Virus record (IMG/VR): IMGVR_UViG_3300032213_003338
Coordinates: 32,001-96,000 of that record
Direction: 5' to 3' (one strand)
DNA from: a virus
DNA: 64,000 nt
The notes beneath the pieces were generated by a model. The model was not told the DNA's origin, ran no database searches, and was given only the letters and a program-made list of their open reading frames with translations. Shown in pieces: positions 47,765 through 56,361 of this stretch; positions within the stretch are counted from its first letter, which is position 1; every line of letters begins with the position of its first letter. A program made the translations under genes and the position numbers.

Positions 47765-48399
47765 AGACACAAATAATTATAATGACAGGAAAAGCACAAA
47801 GCGGAAAAGACACCGCTTGCTCCTATGTGCGTGGCTTTTTAAAAGAACATGGATACTCTTCTAAGGTTTATCCATTTGCAGACGCTTTAAAGCAAGTATG
47901 CATAAATGTTTTAGGTCTTGAATATAATCAATGCTGGGGTGAAAACTCTGACAAAAACACAAAAACAAGATTTAAATGGTGCGATTTGCCAATGTGCAGT
48001 ACTGATATCGCAATGATAATGCAAAATAAACCAGGATCAAGATGCGACGATTACATGACAGCTAGAGATGTTATGCAGGTTTTCGGCACAAACATCTTTA
48101 GAAAATTTTATCAAGACTGTTGGGTACAGGCAACAATTAAAAAAATAAAAGAAGAGAGCCTAGACTTTGCTCTTATATCAGACGCAAGATTTCCAAATGA
48201 AATCAACTACGCTACTTTTTACGAGCCTATAGTAATTAAATTTACAAGAAACCCCCTAAATAATCAGCACGAAAGCGAAACCGCTCTTGATAGTTACGAT
48301 TTTAGTAATATAAAAAAATTTCATACTATCAAAAATGACGATATGGACATGGATGAGAAGAATGATTCCATCAAGTCAATACTGAGTCTATATATATGA
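47761..48399 (+). CDS. deoxynucleoside monophosphate kinase
   Basis: GKAQSGKDT, FADALK, RDVMQ.FGT, SDARFPNE, HESE. Confidence 0.88.
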   Translation: MKTQIIIMTGKAQSGKDTACSYVRGFLKEHGYSSKVYPFADALKQVCINVLGLEYNQCWGENSDKNTKTRFKWCDLPMCSTDIAMIMQNKPGSRCDDYMTARDVMQVFGTNIFRKFYQDCWVQATIKKIKEESLDFALISDARFPNEINYATFYEPIVIKFTRNPLNNQHESETALDSYDFSNIKKFHTIKNDDMDMDEKNDSIKSILSLYI

Positions 48400-48851
48400 T
48401 TATTGGCATAAAAGCTGAAGCCGTAAATTTTAACGGAGCATACGACCTCAATGATCCGGCTAGGCTTTTTGTTAGAAATCAAATTGTTTCACATCTGAAT
48501 TCTATAGAGGTTGATGGCTCAATCTGCGTATCAAGAGCCTCAATAGGTTTTGAACTTGATTTTATATACGCATGCCAAGAAAGCGAAATACCATATATAA
48601 TTTATATACCATTTAAAGGTATAGAAGAAAGATGGCCACCTCAAATACAAAAAATTTACAGGGAAGTTCTTAAGCTTTCAAAACAAAAATTTGTAAAAAA
48701 TGGTGGAGGTTACTCTCCAAAAAAGATAAAATCTACTCAGGACTTTATAGAGTCAACATCAAATGCTCTTGTTGTTGTAAAAAACTCAGAGCGTATATTT
48801 AATCAACCAATTGTCAGGGTTGAAGAAGCCATAGAAAGAGTTACGAAATGA
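48396..48851 (+). CDS. YspA/DUF1273 SLOG-family protein
   Basis: G..L..A...IPYIIYIPF.G.E.RW. Confidence 0.6.
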   Translation: MIIGIKAEAVNFNGAYDLNDPARLFVRNQIVSHLNSIEVDGSICVSRASIGFELDFIYACQESEIPYIIYIPFKGIEERWPPQIQKIYREVLKLSKQKFVKNGGGYSPKKIKSTQDFIESTSNALVVVKNSERIFNQPIVRVEEAIERVTK

Positions 48852-49846
48852 ATATTCAGTATTTAAGAGCGTCTTCAATAAAAACCTACGAAGGATGCCA
48901 GTTTCAGTTTTTCCTTGATTCAATACTTGAAATACCAAGCGGCTCTGGTAAAAAGGCTCTTCTTGGTACGATTGTGCATCACGTACTTGAAATAATGGCA
49001 AAGGCCACAAAACTTGGCCACAAAGATGGCCCTCTGCTTGATCACGTGTTTTTGCTAGATGTATGCTGGAAGCGATACAAGGCAGAAAACGCCGGAAGAA
49101 TTGAGTTGGCTGATGGTGCTGACAAAAGGTTTTGCCTTAAGTCTATTGAAAAGGTTCTTGGCACAAAGTACGACCCAAGAAATCTAAAGGTTCTGCACAC
49201 AGAGCGTCAATTCAGAATTCCTCTAACAATGCCAGGTTTTACTTTTGAGTATTACGATGTGCTTAGCAAAAAAACCACTTCTGGAAACTACGAGATTCGA
49301 GGAACAATCGACCTAATAACTAAGGTTGACGACGACACACTAGAGATAGTTGACTGGAAGACTGGATCAAGAAAATCATGGGAAACAGGAGAGCTTAAAG
49401 AATATGATTATTTTGCAAGCAAGGATATACAGCTGCGAATGTATGATTTGGCTGTATCAATGTTGTACCCGCAGTACAAGACTAGGCTGCTTACAATACA
49501 CTTTGTAAATGATGGTGGGCCTTTTACCGTATGCTTTGATGATGACCAAAGAAAAGAAACTTTGTCAATTATTAAAGAGCATTTTAATACGATAAAGGGA
49601 AATCATTTACCAACCAGAATTAAAGAGGTTAATGGTTCGCAGGCATGGAAATGCAAGACAACATGCCATTTTGGAAAGACAAAAACCTCAAACGGCTGCA
49701 GCGTATGTGATAATGTTTTTAACTACCTTGTGGCTAATGGAATTGATAAAACTATACTGAGAGTCGGAGAGGTTCGCAAAACAAAGGCTGAAGAAAAAGC
49801 GCTTAAGACATCCGATAGACGAAACACTTTTAAAGACGACCAATGA
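48848..49846 (+). CDS. PD-(D/E)XK RecB/Cas4-like exonuclease
   Basis: GTIVH.VLE, RGTIDL, IVDWKTG, QL.MY, terminal Cys. Confidence 0.88.
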   Translation: MNIQYLRASSIKTYEGCQFQFFLDSILEIPSGSGKKALLGTIVHHVLEIMAKATKLGHKDGPLLDHVFLLDVCWKRYKAENAGRIELADGADKRFCLKSIEKVLGTKYDPRNLKVLHTERQFRIPLTMPGFTFEYYDVLSKKTTSGNYEIRGTIDLITKVDDDTLEIVDWKTGSRKSWETGELKEYDYFASKDIQLRMYDLAVSMLYPQYKTRLLTIHFVNDGGPFTVCFDDDQRKETLSIIKEHFNTIKGNHLPTRIKEVNGSQAWKCKTTCHFGKTKTSNGCSVCDNVFNYLVANGIDKTILRVGEVRKTKAEEKALKTSDRRNTFKDDQ

Positions 49847-51726
49847 GTTATATTCCTGTTCATGTACACACCGCGTGGTCACTTCTAGATAGCGTTGTAA
49901 CAATTGACTCTCTTGTGGCAAAGAGCAAGGAGTATGGCATTCCAGCACTATGCATGACGGACCATAACAACATTAAGGGTGTTGTTCCATTCTTCAAAGA
50001 ATGCAAGTCATTCGGAATAAAACCAATAATTGGCGTTGAGCTAGACACTTATAATGGTGAAAATTTTGTAGGGAGAATAACACTTCTTGCAAAAAATAAA
50101 GTAGGTTATAAGAATATAGTTAAGCTTGTTTCTATGGCTCGCACAAAAGAAGCCCTTTCTTTTAATGGAATGCCTAGAACACAAGTAGAGTCACTGTATC
50201 CATATAAAGCTGGTCTTATCTGTCTCGTTGGCGATCTTAAAAGCCAAATTTATTCAAGCGCTTTTGTAAACCACGAAATGGCTTACTCAAGCGACTCTGT
50301 TGAAGAGTGCGAAACACTCCTGCACAAAGACTGGAAGTCTCGCATTGAAAAAGTGCTAGATAACTATAAGAAGATATACGAAAACGTATTTTTATTTTAT
50401 GATGTCAGTCTTCTGCCAGCCCATCTTGTCCTTGGCAAAAGAATAAGCGAGACTTTTGAAGATGCGCTGCCTTCGCATAATATTCACTATCTTAATAAAG
50501 AAGATCTGGAGCTTCACGAGCTTTTAACAAAGGCAAAGGAAGATGGCGGGTCTTGCTGCGAGGCAATGAACGATTCTCGCATATTTGACAAGCGATGGTC
50601 TCGTGGATATCTGTCAAAGGATATTAAGCGAGGAGAAAAAACACTAAAGCTTTTAGATCTTATTGAAGACTACTCAATTCAAGAGCGCCCAATTCTTGCA
50701 AGCTTTAAAATTGGAGATCACAAAATAGTTGATCCACATGAGCATCTGCGCGGACTTTGCAGATCTGGTTTTAAATCAACTGGTCTACTTGAAGAGTTTA
50801 AGCAAGACCCATCTCTTAAAGAAGCTTATGTAAAAAGAATACAACACGAACTTGAGGTATTCAAGCAAGCAGGAATGTCTGCCTATTTTCTCATTGTTCA
50901 TGATATTATAAATAGCTTGCGATCAAAAGGTGTTCCAGCTGATATCAGAGGTTCCTCTTCTGGATGCATGATATCTTACCTTATAGGAATTTCTTCCGTT
51001 GATCCAATGCGTCCAGATCCGACACTTGGTTATGATCCAGGAAGAGAGCTTCCATTCGAAAGATTTTACAATGAAGGTAGAAACACAAAAGATAACGTAT
51101 CTTTACCAGATATCGATATGGACGTACCACCGTCTTTTAGAGAACTGCTTATTGAATACATTAGCGAAAAATATGGAAATGACTGTGTTGGCCACATTAT
51201 TACTCACTCAAGATTTAAAGGCAGGGGTGCAATAAAAGAGGTTTTTAAACTACTAAAGCCAACGCCTGATTATTTTGATGTATCAAACCAAATTACTAAA
51301 AAATTTGCTGAAGAGGCAAAGATCTCAGACGATCTTGTAGAAATGCAGAAAGAAGACCCATCTTACGGAATTATCCGATGGAACATAGACAATATTAAAT
51401 CAATTGCTGAATATTACGAGCAGTTCAAGGAGGCCTTTGACTATGCTTTAAGAATAGAAGAAGTGCCTAGAAATGAGAGCGTACACGCCGCTGGAATTAT
51501 TATTGCAGATCAGCCGCTAAGCAATCTTTTTCCAATGGTATATTCGGAAAAGCTTGACTCAATGGTAATTGATATTGAAGGTGCTGATATAGAATATCTT
51601 GGTGGTGTTAAGTTTGATATACTTGGCGTCACAGCCCTAGAGAAAGTTTTTCAAATACAGCGTATGGTAAACTTTAAACTTAATGAAATTGAATTTGGGG
51701 AGTTTTCTTACTCCTACTATGATTAA
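49843..51726 (+). CDS. dnaE: DNA polymerase III alpha, N-terminal part (PHP + palm/thumb)
   Basis: HVHT..S, TDH, RGSSSG, FERF, PDIDMD, HAAG, KFDILG then stop. Confidence 0.92.
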   Translation: MSYIPVHVHTAWSLLDSVVTIDSLVAKSKEYGIPALCMTDHNNIKGVVPFFKECKSFGIKPIIGVELDTYNGENFVGRITLLAKNKVGYKNIVKLVSMARTKEALSFNGMPRTQVESLYPYKAGLICLVGDLKSQIYSSAFVNHEMAYSSDSVEECETLLHKDWKSRIEKVLDNYKKIYENVFLFYDVSLLPAHLVLGKRISETFEDALPSHNIHYLNKEDLELHELLTKAKEDGGSCCEAMNDSRIFDKRWSRGYLSKDIKRGEKTLKLLDLIEDYSIQERPILASFKIGDHKIVDPHEHLRGLCRSGFKSTGLLEEFKQDPSLKEAYVKRIQHELEVFKQAGMSAYFLIVHDIINSLRSKGVPADIRGSSSGCMISYLIGISSVDPMRPDPTLGYDPGRELPFERFYNEGRNTKDNVSLPDIDMDVPPSFRELLIEYISEKYGNDCVGHIITHSRFKGRGAIKEVFKLLKPTPDYFDVSNQITKKFAEEAKISDDLVEMQKEDPSYGIIRWNIDNIKSIAEYYEQFKEAFDYALRIEEVPRNESVHAAGIIIADQPLSNLFPMVYSEKLDSMVIDIEGADIEYLGGVKFDILGVTALEKVFQIQRMVNFKLNEIEFGEFSYSYYD

Positions 51727-51737
51727 GTGTATATATA

Positions 51738-51822
51738 GGTGATTACGCTATTCGGGCATCTTAGGCCCGTCTGAGTTACGCGTAGTTGCCCATCAGTTCG
51801 TAACTGTTCTGATGGGCTTTTT
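51738..51822 (+). ncRNA. putative structured small RNA/attenuator ending in an intrinsic terminator
   Basis: GTGTAT at 51727; stems 51738-48/51780-90 and 51753-57/51765-69; GCCCATCAG/CTGATGGGC + T5. Confidence 0.5.
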
Positions 51823-51832
51823 AAGGAATATT

Positions 51833-52030
51833 ATGGACGATATAGACATGCGCGATATGGACCCAAGGCTTGCAAAGGCTATGATAATATTTGGTCTTAA
51901 GTTTGCCGAATACACTAAAGAGATGGACTACGAGCTTTGGAGCAGAGCCATAGATTACGCGAAGACATTTACAAAGGTTGACGGGGTTGAGATTAACTGT
52001 GACCCTAGAGAAAACAATGAATTTCAATAA
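51833..52030 (+). CDS. hypothetical protein
   Basis: AAGGA SD. Confidence 0.55.
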   Translation: MDDIDMRDMDPRLAKAMIIFGLKFAEYTKEMDYELWSRAIDYAKTFTKVDGVEINCDPRENNEFQ

Positions 52031-52223
52031 CTTTGGAAGCGTAAAAGCTTCTCATAAAGTCCGTGGGATTGAGATAATTGAAAGAGAATACAGTATAGAA
52101 CTTAAAGCTGAAAGCGGTTCAGTTTTTTTATCATCCCTAGAAGAAATAAATAATGTTATTGATGTTTTAAAGTACGCAAAGCTTGCACATCATAAGAAGA
52201 AATTTTTTACACTGCTTGATTAG
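52017..52223 (+). CDS. hypothetical protein
   Basis: coupled ORF. Confidence 0.5.
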   Translation: MNFNNFGSVKASHKVRGIEIIEREYSIELKAESGSVFLSSLEEINNVIDVLKYAKLAHHKKKFFTLLD

Positions 52224-52236
52224 TGTATAAAGTTTT

Positions 52237-53073
52237 ATGGACATAAAGCCGTTTATAATTAAAAATATTAATATTGCTGCAAGACGCAGCGATGTTAAGC
52301 TTGTTGAAGACTCGGAAATAAAGCCAGCAACAAGTCCAGACCTAAACCTTAACTATGAACCAGGCGAACCTGAAGATCAGGCGTTTATTGTTTTTCTATT
52401 CACTACTGTAACCAATTTGCTTGGGGTAGGGCGTGATCCATGTATAAAAAGAGTTATTGAATCCCCAGAGGGAAGAGAAATACTTAGAAGGATAAGAAGG
52501 ACATTATCACAATTAAAAAATATTGCAGACCCAAACGAGTTCAGAAGTAAATTCTTTGCTCTCAATTTTGCTGCTATTATACAAGAATCACAAAGAGAAC
52601 TTAGAAATAAGTTTCCATGCTGGAATGAAGACTACCTTGAAAATGCCATTAAGTCAATGAATGCATATGACAAGATTCATAATAAAGGCGTTTTTGATCA
52701 GTTTTTTAGTGTTGTAGTAAAAGTTATAACAAATGAAGAAGGTGTGGTTCTTGCTCCACTTTCTGGACCTGCTTTAAATATAAAAATTGCTGAAAAGCTA
52801 GTAGAGCTTTATCCAAATGATCCAAACTACGTTGGTCTTTTGGGATACGCAATAATTATTTCAGAAGCAGCTAACGCTGAAATAATGGCTTATCTTGATA
52901 TGATTTTTAATATAACTGCTTTAATTACAGCGCTTGGTGCTGCAATGATTGCTTTTAATGGTGGTGTTGCCGCTGCCGCTTCTGCAATATACGCTATTGT
53001 TAGAGCTGCTGAAAATGGTATTGAGCTTATTCAAAAGCTTATACAACAGGGTCTTTTACCTTCAACTTCATAA
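52237..53073 (+). CDS. putative virion protein with C-terminal hydrophobic hairpin
   Basis: GTGTAT at 52223; Ala/Gly hydrophobic C-terminus. Confidence 0.6.
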   Translation: MDIKPFIIKNINIAARRSDVKLVEDSEIKPATSPDLNLNYEPGEPEDQAFIVFLFTTVTNLLGVGRDPCIKRVIESPEGREILRRIRRTLSQLKNIADPNEFRSKFFALNFAAIIQESQRELRNKFPCWNEDYLENAIKSMNAYDKIHNKGVFDQFFSVVVKVITNEEGVVLAPLSGPALNIKIAEKLVELYPNDPNYVGLLGYAIIISEAANAEIMAYLDMIFNITALITALGAAMIAFNGGVAAAASAIYAIVRAAENGIELIQKLIQQGLLPSTS

Positions 53074-53077
53074 TCCT

Positions 53078-53884
53078 ATGAATAAAAAAGACGTAAAGCT
53101 TTTTAATTACATAGCAAAAGTCGCAGCAAAAAGAGGCGATACTGTTTTAGCACCGGGCCAGACTCAAACATTTGAAGACATAGGTCCTGTTAGCGAACCA
53201 GCGGAAAAACCAGACAAGGAAACCGAAATTGCCTGGGAAAAATGGATTACAGGGCTTTCGCTTGCCCCAATTCTAGTTTGGGCATTGAGATCTCTTTGGA
53301 AATATCTTGATCCGTTCTGCAAAAGAAGACTAGCTGGAGTTCTTGAGTCTTTAAGCGCAGCGATGAAGAAATTAAATGAAGCGGCTAGCCAAAATGAGTT
53401 TGCTGCGGCAGCAGAGGCTCTACGGCAAATATTTCAATCATTACCTAAAAACTGCAGAGATGGAGTTTTGGAAAATCCAGAGTTTGTTGCCGAGCTTAGA
53501 AGAATCTCAGACGGTATGGCTATAACCATTGAGGACTTGATTGGCAAATACATTATGCAAAAAAATCAGGACGACGCCCTGAGATGGCTAGTAAACTACG
53601 GAACCTCTGCGGCAACAGTAGCAGCCGTTTATCTTTGGGCTTTAAATCAGCCCGGCTCAAGTCCTAGTATTGCAGCAGAAATAGCAGCATGGGCAGAAAC
53701 AAATAGAACTGTGCTTTGGGTAATCGCGGGTGCTGCTGTGTTATTCGGTCTAGCTGCTGCACTTAGCGGCGTTGGCCTTCCAGCCGGCATTGCATCTGGA
53801 GCTACTGGAGTTATACTTATGGCCCTATTAGCTTGGCTAAATCAAGACCCCCCGCAAGATGATGGTGGCGGGATGGAAGCCTAA
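53078..53884 (+). CDS. putative virion protein with C-terminal hydrophobic hairpin (similar to 52237)
   Basis: similar leader, DP.C.R segment and hydrophobic tail. Confidence 0.6.
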   Translation: MNKKDVKLFNYIAKVAAKRGDTVLAPGQTQTFEDIGPVSEPAEKPDKETEIAWEKWITGLSLAPILVWALRSLWKYLDPFCKRRLAGVLESLSAAMKKLNEAASQNEFAAAAEALRQIFQSLPKNCRDGVLENPEFVAELRRISDGMAITIEDLIGKYIMQKNQDDALRWLVNYGTSAATVAAVYLWALNQPGSSPSIAAEIAAWAETNRTVLWVIAGAAVLFGLAAALSGVGLPAGIASGATGVILMALLAWLNQDPPQDDGGGMEA

Positions 53885-54270
53885 ATAGAAGCTTCGTTTA
53901 TTGCTTTAATAAAAGAAGAAATTACTGAGCTGCTTGTGTACTGGGTTACAGACTTCTTAGCTTCCCACATCTTGCAGGACCAGTAGTTAGCCTTCCATTT
54001 TGGGCCAGGATTACTGCACCCGTGACGAGATCTGTAGTTTTTTCTTCGTTGCGGATCGTCACGCCGGATTTCCATATTAGGATCACCAAACATCACGCGA
54101 ACAACATTGCCGCGATCATTCTTTACATAAACATAAAACTTCTTCTTGCCGTAACCTGGATCTCCCTTGCCTATTCGTCTTGGTTGATTTAGGGTAATCT
54201 TTTTACCCTGATACTCAACCGCTTGGGCTTTCTCTGAAGCAAAAATTACGTCAAGTTCCGAGTCGTTCAT
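53881..54270 (-). CDS. DUF6321-like phage protein
   Basis: KKFYVYVKN...V.FGDPNM...R.RH.C...A.YWSC.MW. Confidence 0.75.
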   Translation of the reverse strand: MNDSELDVIFASEKAQAVEYQGKKITLNQPRRIGKGDPGYGKKKFYVYVKNDRGNVVRVMFGDPNMEIRRDDPQRRKNYRSRHGCSNPGPKWKANYWSCKMWEAKKSVTQYTSSSVISSFIKAINEASI

Positions 54271-54503
54271 AACTTCTCCAGACCCTCAACACTCTCCGTT
54301 ATGTTCCAGCCAGTGTTGCGAGGAAACTCAGGATTCATTATTTTAATGGTTGCAATTCCTGAGTTAATCTCTAAAACCTCGCCCCAGACGCCAAAGTTAA
54401 CTGAGTCCTTGTTTACGCAGCTAACTATGTCGCCCTCGGAAATGCTAGCCACTTGTGGCTGCTGTGGCGGTGTGTAAGAATATTCGTTTTCTTCTTCGTT
54501 CAT
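54267..54503 (-). CDS. SH3/KOW-like small protein
   Basis: GDIV...G.V..I; similar to neighbour. Confidence 0.55.
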   Translation of the reverse strand: MNEEENEYSYTPPQQPQVASISEGDIVSCVNKDSVNFGVWGEVLEINSGIATIKIMNPEFPRNTGWNITESVEGLEKL

Positions 54504-54781
54504 GATATTTTCTCCAATTGATCTTCTGTTTTTGTTAGTACTTTACCTGGGCTATAAGAAGGTCCATCGTTCTCAACCGTATAATGAATAAGATAACCAC
54601 TATTTTCTGGAAGTGTTTCTATCATTGTAACAGTGCCAATGCTGCCGTAGTGCATGCACTGCTGGTTTATGTCCTTGACCTTATCACCAACCTTTATCCC
54701 CTTATAAGAAATCACTTCGGTTCCAACAGCAACCTGTAGATTCTTAAGAGCTTTTCTAATTTTACTGTTTACGATGCTCAT
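54500..54781 (-). CDS. SH3/KOW-like small protein
   Basis: KVGDKVK.IN..C.HYGS.G.V; GTGTAT at 54790-54795. Confidence 0.6.
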   Translation of the reverse strand: MSIVNSKIRKALKNLQVAVGTEVISYKGIKVGDKVKDINQQCMHYGSIGTVTMIETLPENSGYLIHYTVENDGPSYSPGKVLTKTEDQLEKIS

Positions 54782-54799
54782 AAATAAATATACACATTA

Positions 54800-55456
54800 T
54801 TACGGATCTTCTTCAGTCTCAGTCGCTGGCGGAACTAGGCTTATTGGGTTTGCTGATATAATTCCCGTTATTATTCCTGGGTAGGAAATGGAATTAAATA
54901 AGGCGATGTCTTCTGCGTAATACCCCTCCAAAACGGCTGTCTGCTCGGCTGTAAGGGTTGGCTTTGGATAAGATGCTGCATTTATTTGAGGAAGCGGTAG
55001 TATAAAACCGATCTCTGCAGAGGCCTCATTTATATGTTCTGGAAATTTATAAAGTTTGGTATTAACATCGACCCACAGTATTTGAGGTTTAAAATGTAGA
55101 TTAATACTAGCATTTATTTCTCTAGCTTTCACTGTTCCAGATACAAATTTTGATCCGTTGATTAATGAGTCAATTACAGCGTTAACATCAACAGTGTGGA
55201 ATTGCGCCATTGCCGATCGAAATCTTTCTAGCGGATTTCTTATCATTGCAAGTATTGGTTTTGATGGATACTTTTCTCTTTTCACAAAACCTTGCCACAT
55301 TGAGTTGTCTGAATTTTTACCAACAGGATATGAGGCAGTTGTTATAAGCAACTCCTCCTCTGTTTGAAAAGCTTTAATTACAGCACGAGAAATCGTTGAA
55401 CAACCAGATTTTGGTATAAATGCTACGCTATAGTTGGGTGTTATAAAATAAGTCAT
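54800..55456 (-). CDS. sulfotransferase family 2 protein
   Basis: FIPKSGCST (5'PSB), RNPLERFRSA (3'PB), HFKPQ. Confidence 0.75.
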   Translation of the reverse strand: MTYFITPNYSVAFIPKSGCSTISRAVIKAFQTEEELLITTASYPVGKNSDNSMWQGFVKREKYPSKPILAMIRNPLERFRSAMAQFHTVDVNAVIDSLINGSKFVSGTVKAREINASINLHFKPQILWVDVNTKLYKFPEHINEASAEIGFILPLPQINAASYPKPTLTAEQTAVLEGYYAEDIALFNSISYPGIITGIISANPISLVPPATETEEDP

Positions 55457-56361
55457 TATGGTGCTATGTTAAGTACTGTGTACCCCTTATTAGTTGCAAT
55501 CAAAATGTCAGATGCGGTTAAAGATGCTGCGCCTATCGTACCAGAAACATCAAGATAGCCATTTCCGTTTGCAAGATCATTAAAAAATTGAACTATTGCC
55601 GTTCTATCTAAATTTGAACCATCAAATTCGGCACCTCCAGAAAAATTATTATAGTCAGAATAGTATAAAAGATTTAGCGCGCAGTTTTGCGCTCTAATCG
55701 AAGTTATTGCACTGCTCTTAGTATCAATGTGGTATAACGCTAAGAAGTTGGAAAGATCTATAGATGTAAACGATGTACAGGTTGACAATTCAAATTCTTG
55801 TAATGTGTTTTTTACATTATCTAGGCCGTTTAAAGTAGTAAGGGTTGTACTGCCAGATATTGAAATGATCCTAGCTAAGCTTCCAGGTGGAATTGAAATA
55901 GATGTAAGTGAAATGTTACTAAGATATAAATATTTTATTCTTCCATTGTGTGTGTACGACGTTAAATTAGCTCCTGCATCACAGGCAAAAGTCTCAAGTT
56001 TAGATAAACCAAGAACATCAACATAACTTATTGGCGAATAACTGTTGTTGCCAAAAGAAATACTGCTTAATTGGCCAATCTGAACACCAGATGAGTTTGT
56101 TGGTATAATTGAAAATCTTTTTTCATCTGTTGTATTATATGGGGCAGAAATAGCCTTTGATGCGCTTGAGACACCAAAGCCAGGATTATAAAGATTGGAT
56201 GTTCCATCCCACCAATTAACTTTAAACCATCCAGTGTAAGAACCTACTTGAAATGAACCAATTGCTCCAAATGTACCAGATGATCTCTTTGTGCCGAACT
56301 CTGCTATTTCTGCTCTTGGATTATATGTTAACCGGGGCGCTGCGCTTGGTATTACAATCAT
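55456..56361 (-). CDS. leucine-rich-repeat-like tail-associated protein
   Basis: LRR-like repeats, W.DG, ATNKGYTV end; coupled to tail fibre. Confidence 0.6.
   Translation of the reverse strand: MIVIPSAAPRLTYNPRAEIAEFGTKRSSGTFGAIGSFQVGSYTGWFKVNWWDGTSNLYNPGFGVSSASKAISAPYNTTDEKRFSIIPTNSSGVQIGQLSSISFGNNSYSPISYVDVLGLSKLETFACDAGANLTSYTHNGRIKYLYLSNISLTSISIPPGSLARIISISGSTTLTTLNGLDNVKNTLQEFELSTCTSFTSIDLSNFLALYHIDTKSSAITSIRAQNCALNLLYYSDYNNFSGGAEFDGSNLDRTAIVQFFNDLANGNGYLDVSGTIGAASLTASDILIATNKGYTVLNIAP

Noticed and set aside
48848-49846. Cas4 as part of a CRISPR system
   Set aside because: Stand-alone PD-(D/E)XK nuclease in a replication cluster, common in phages
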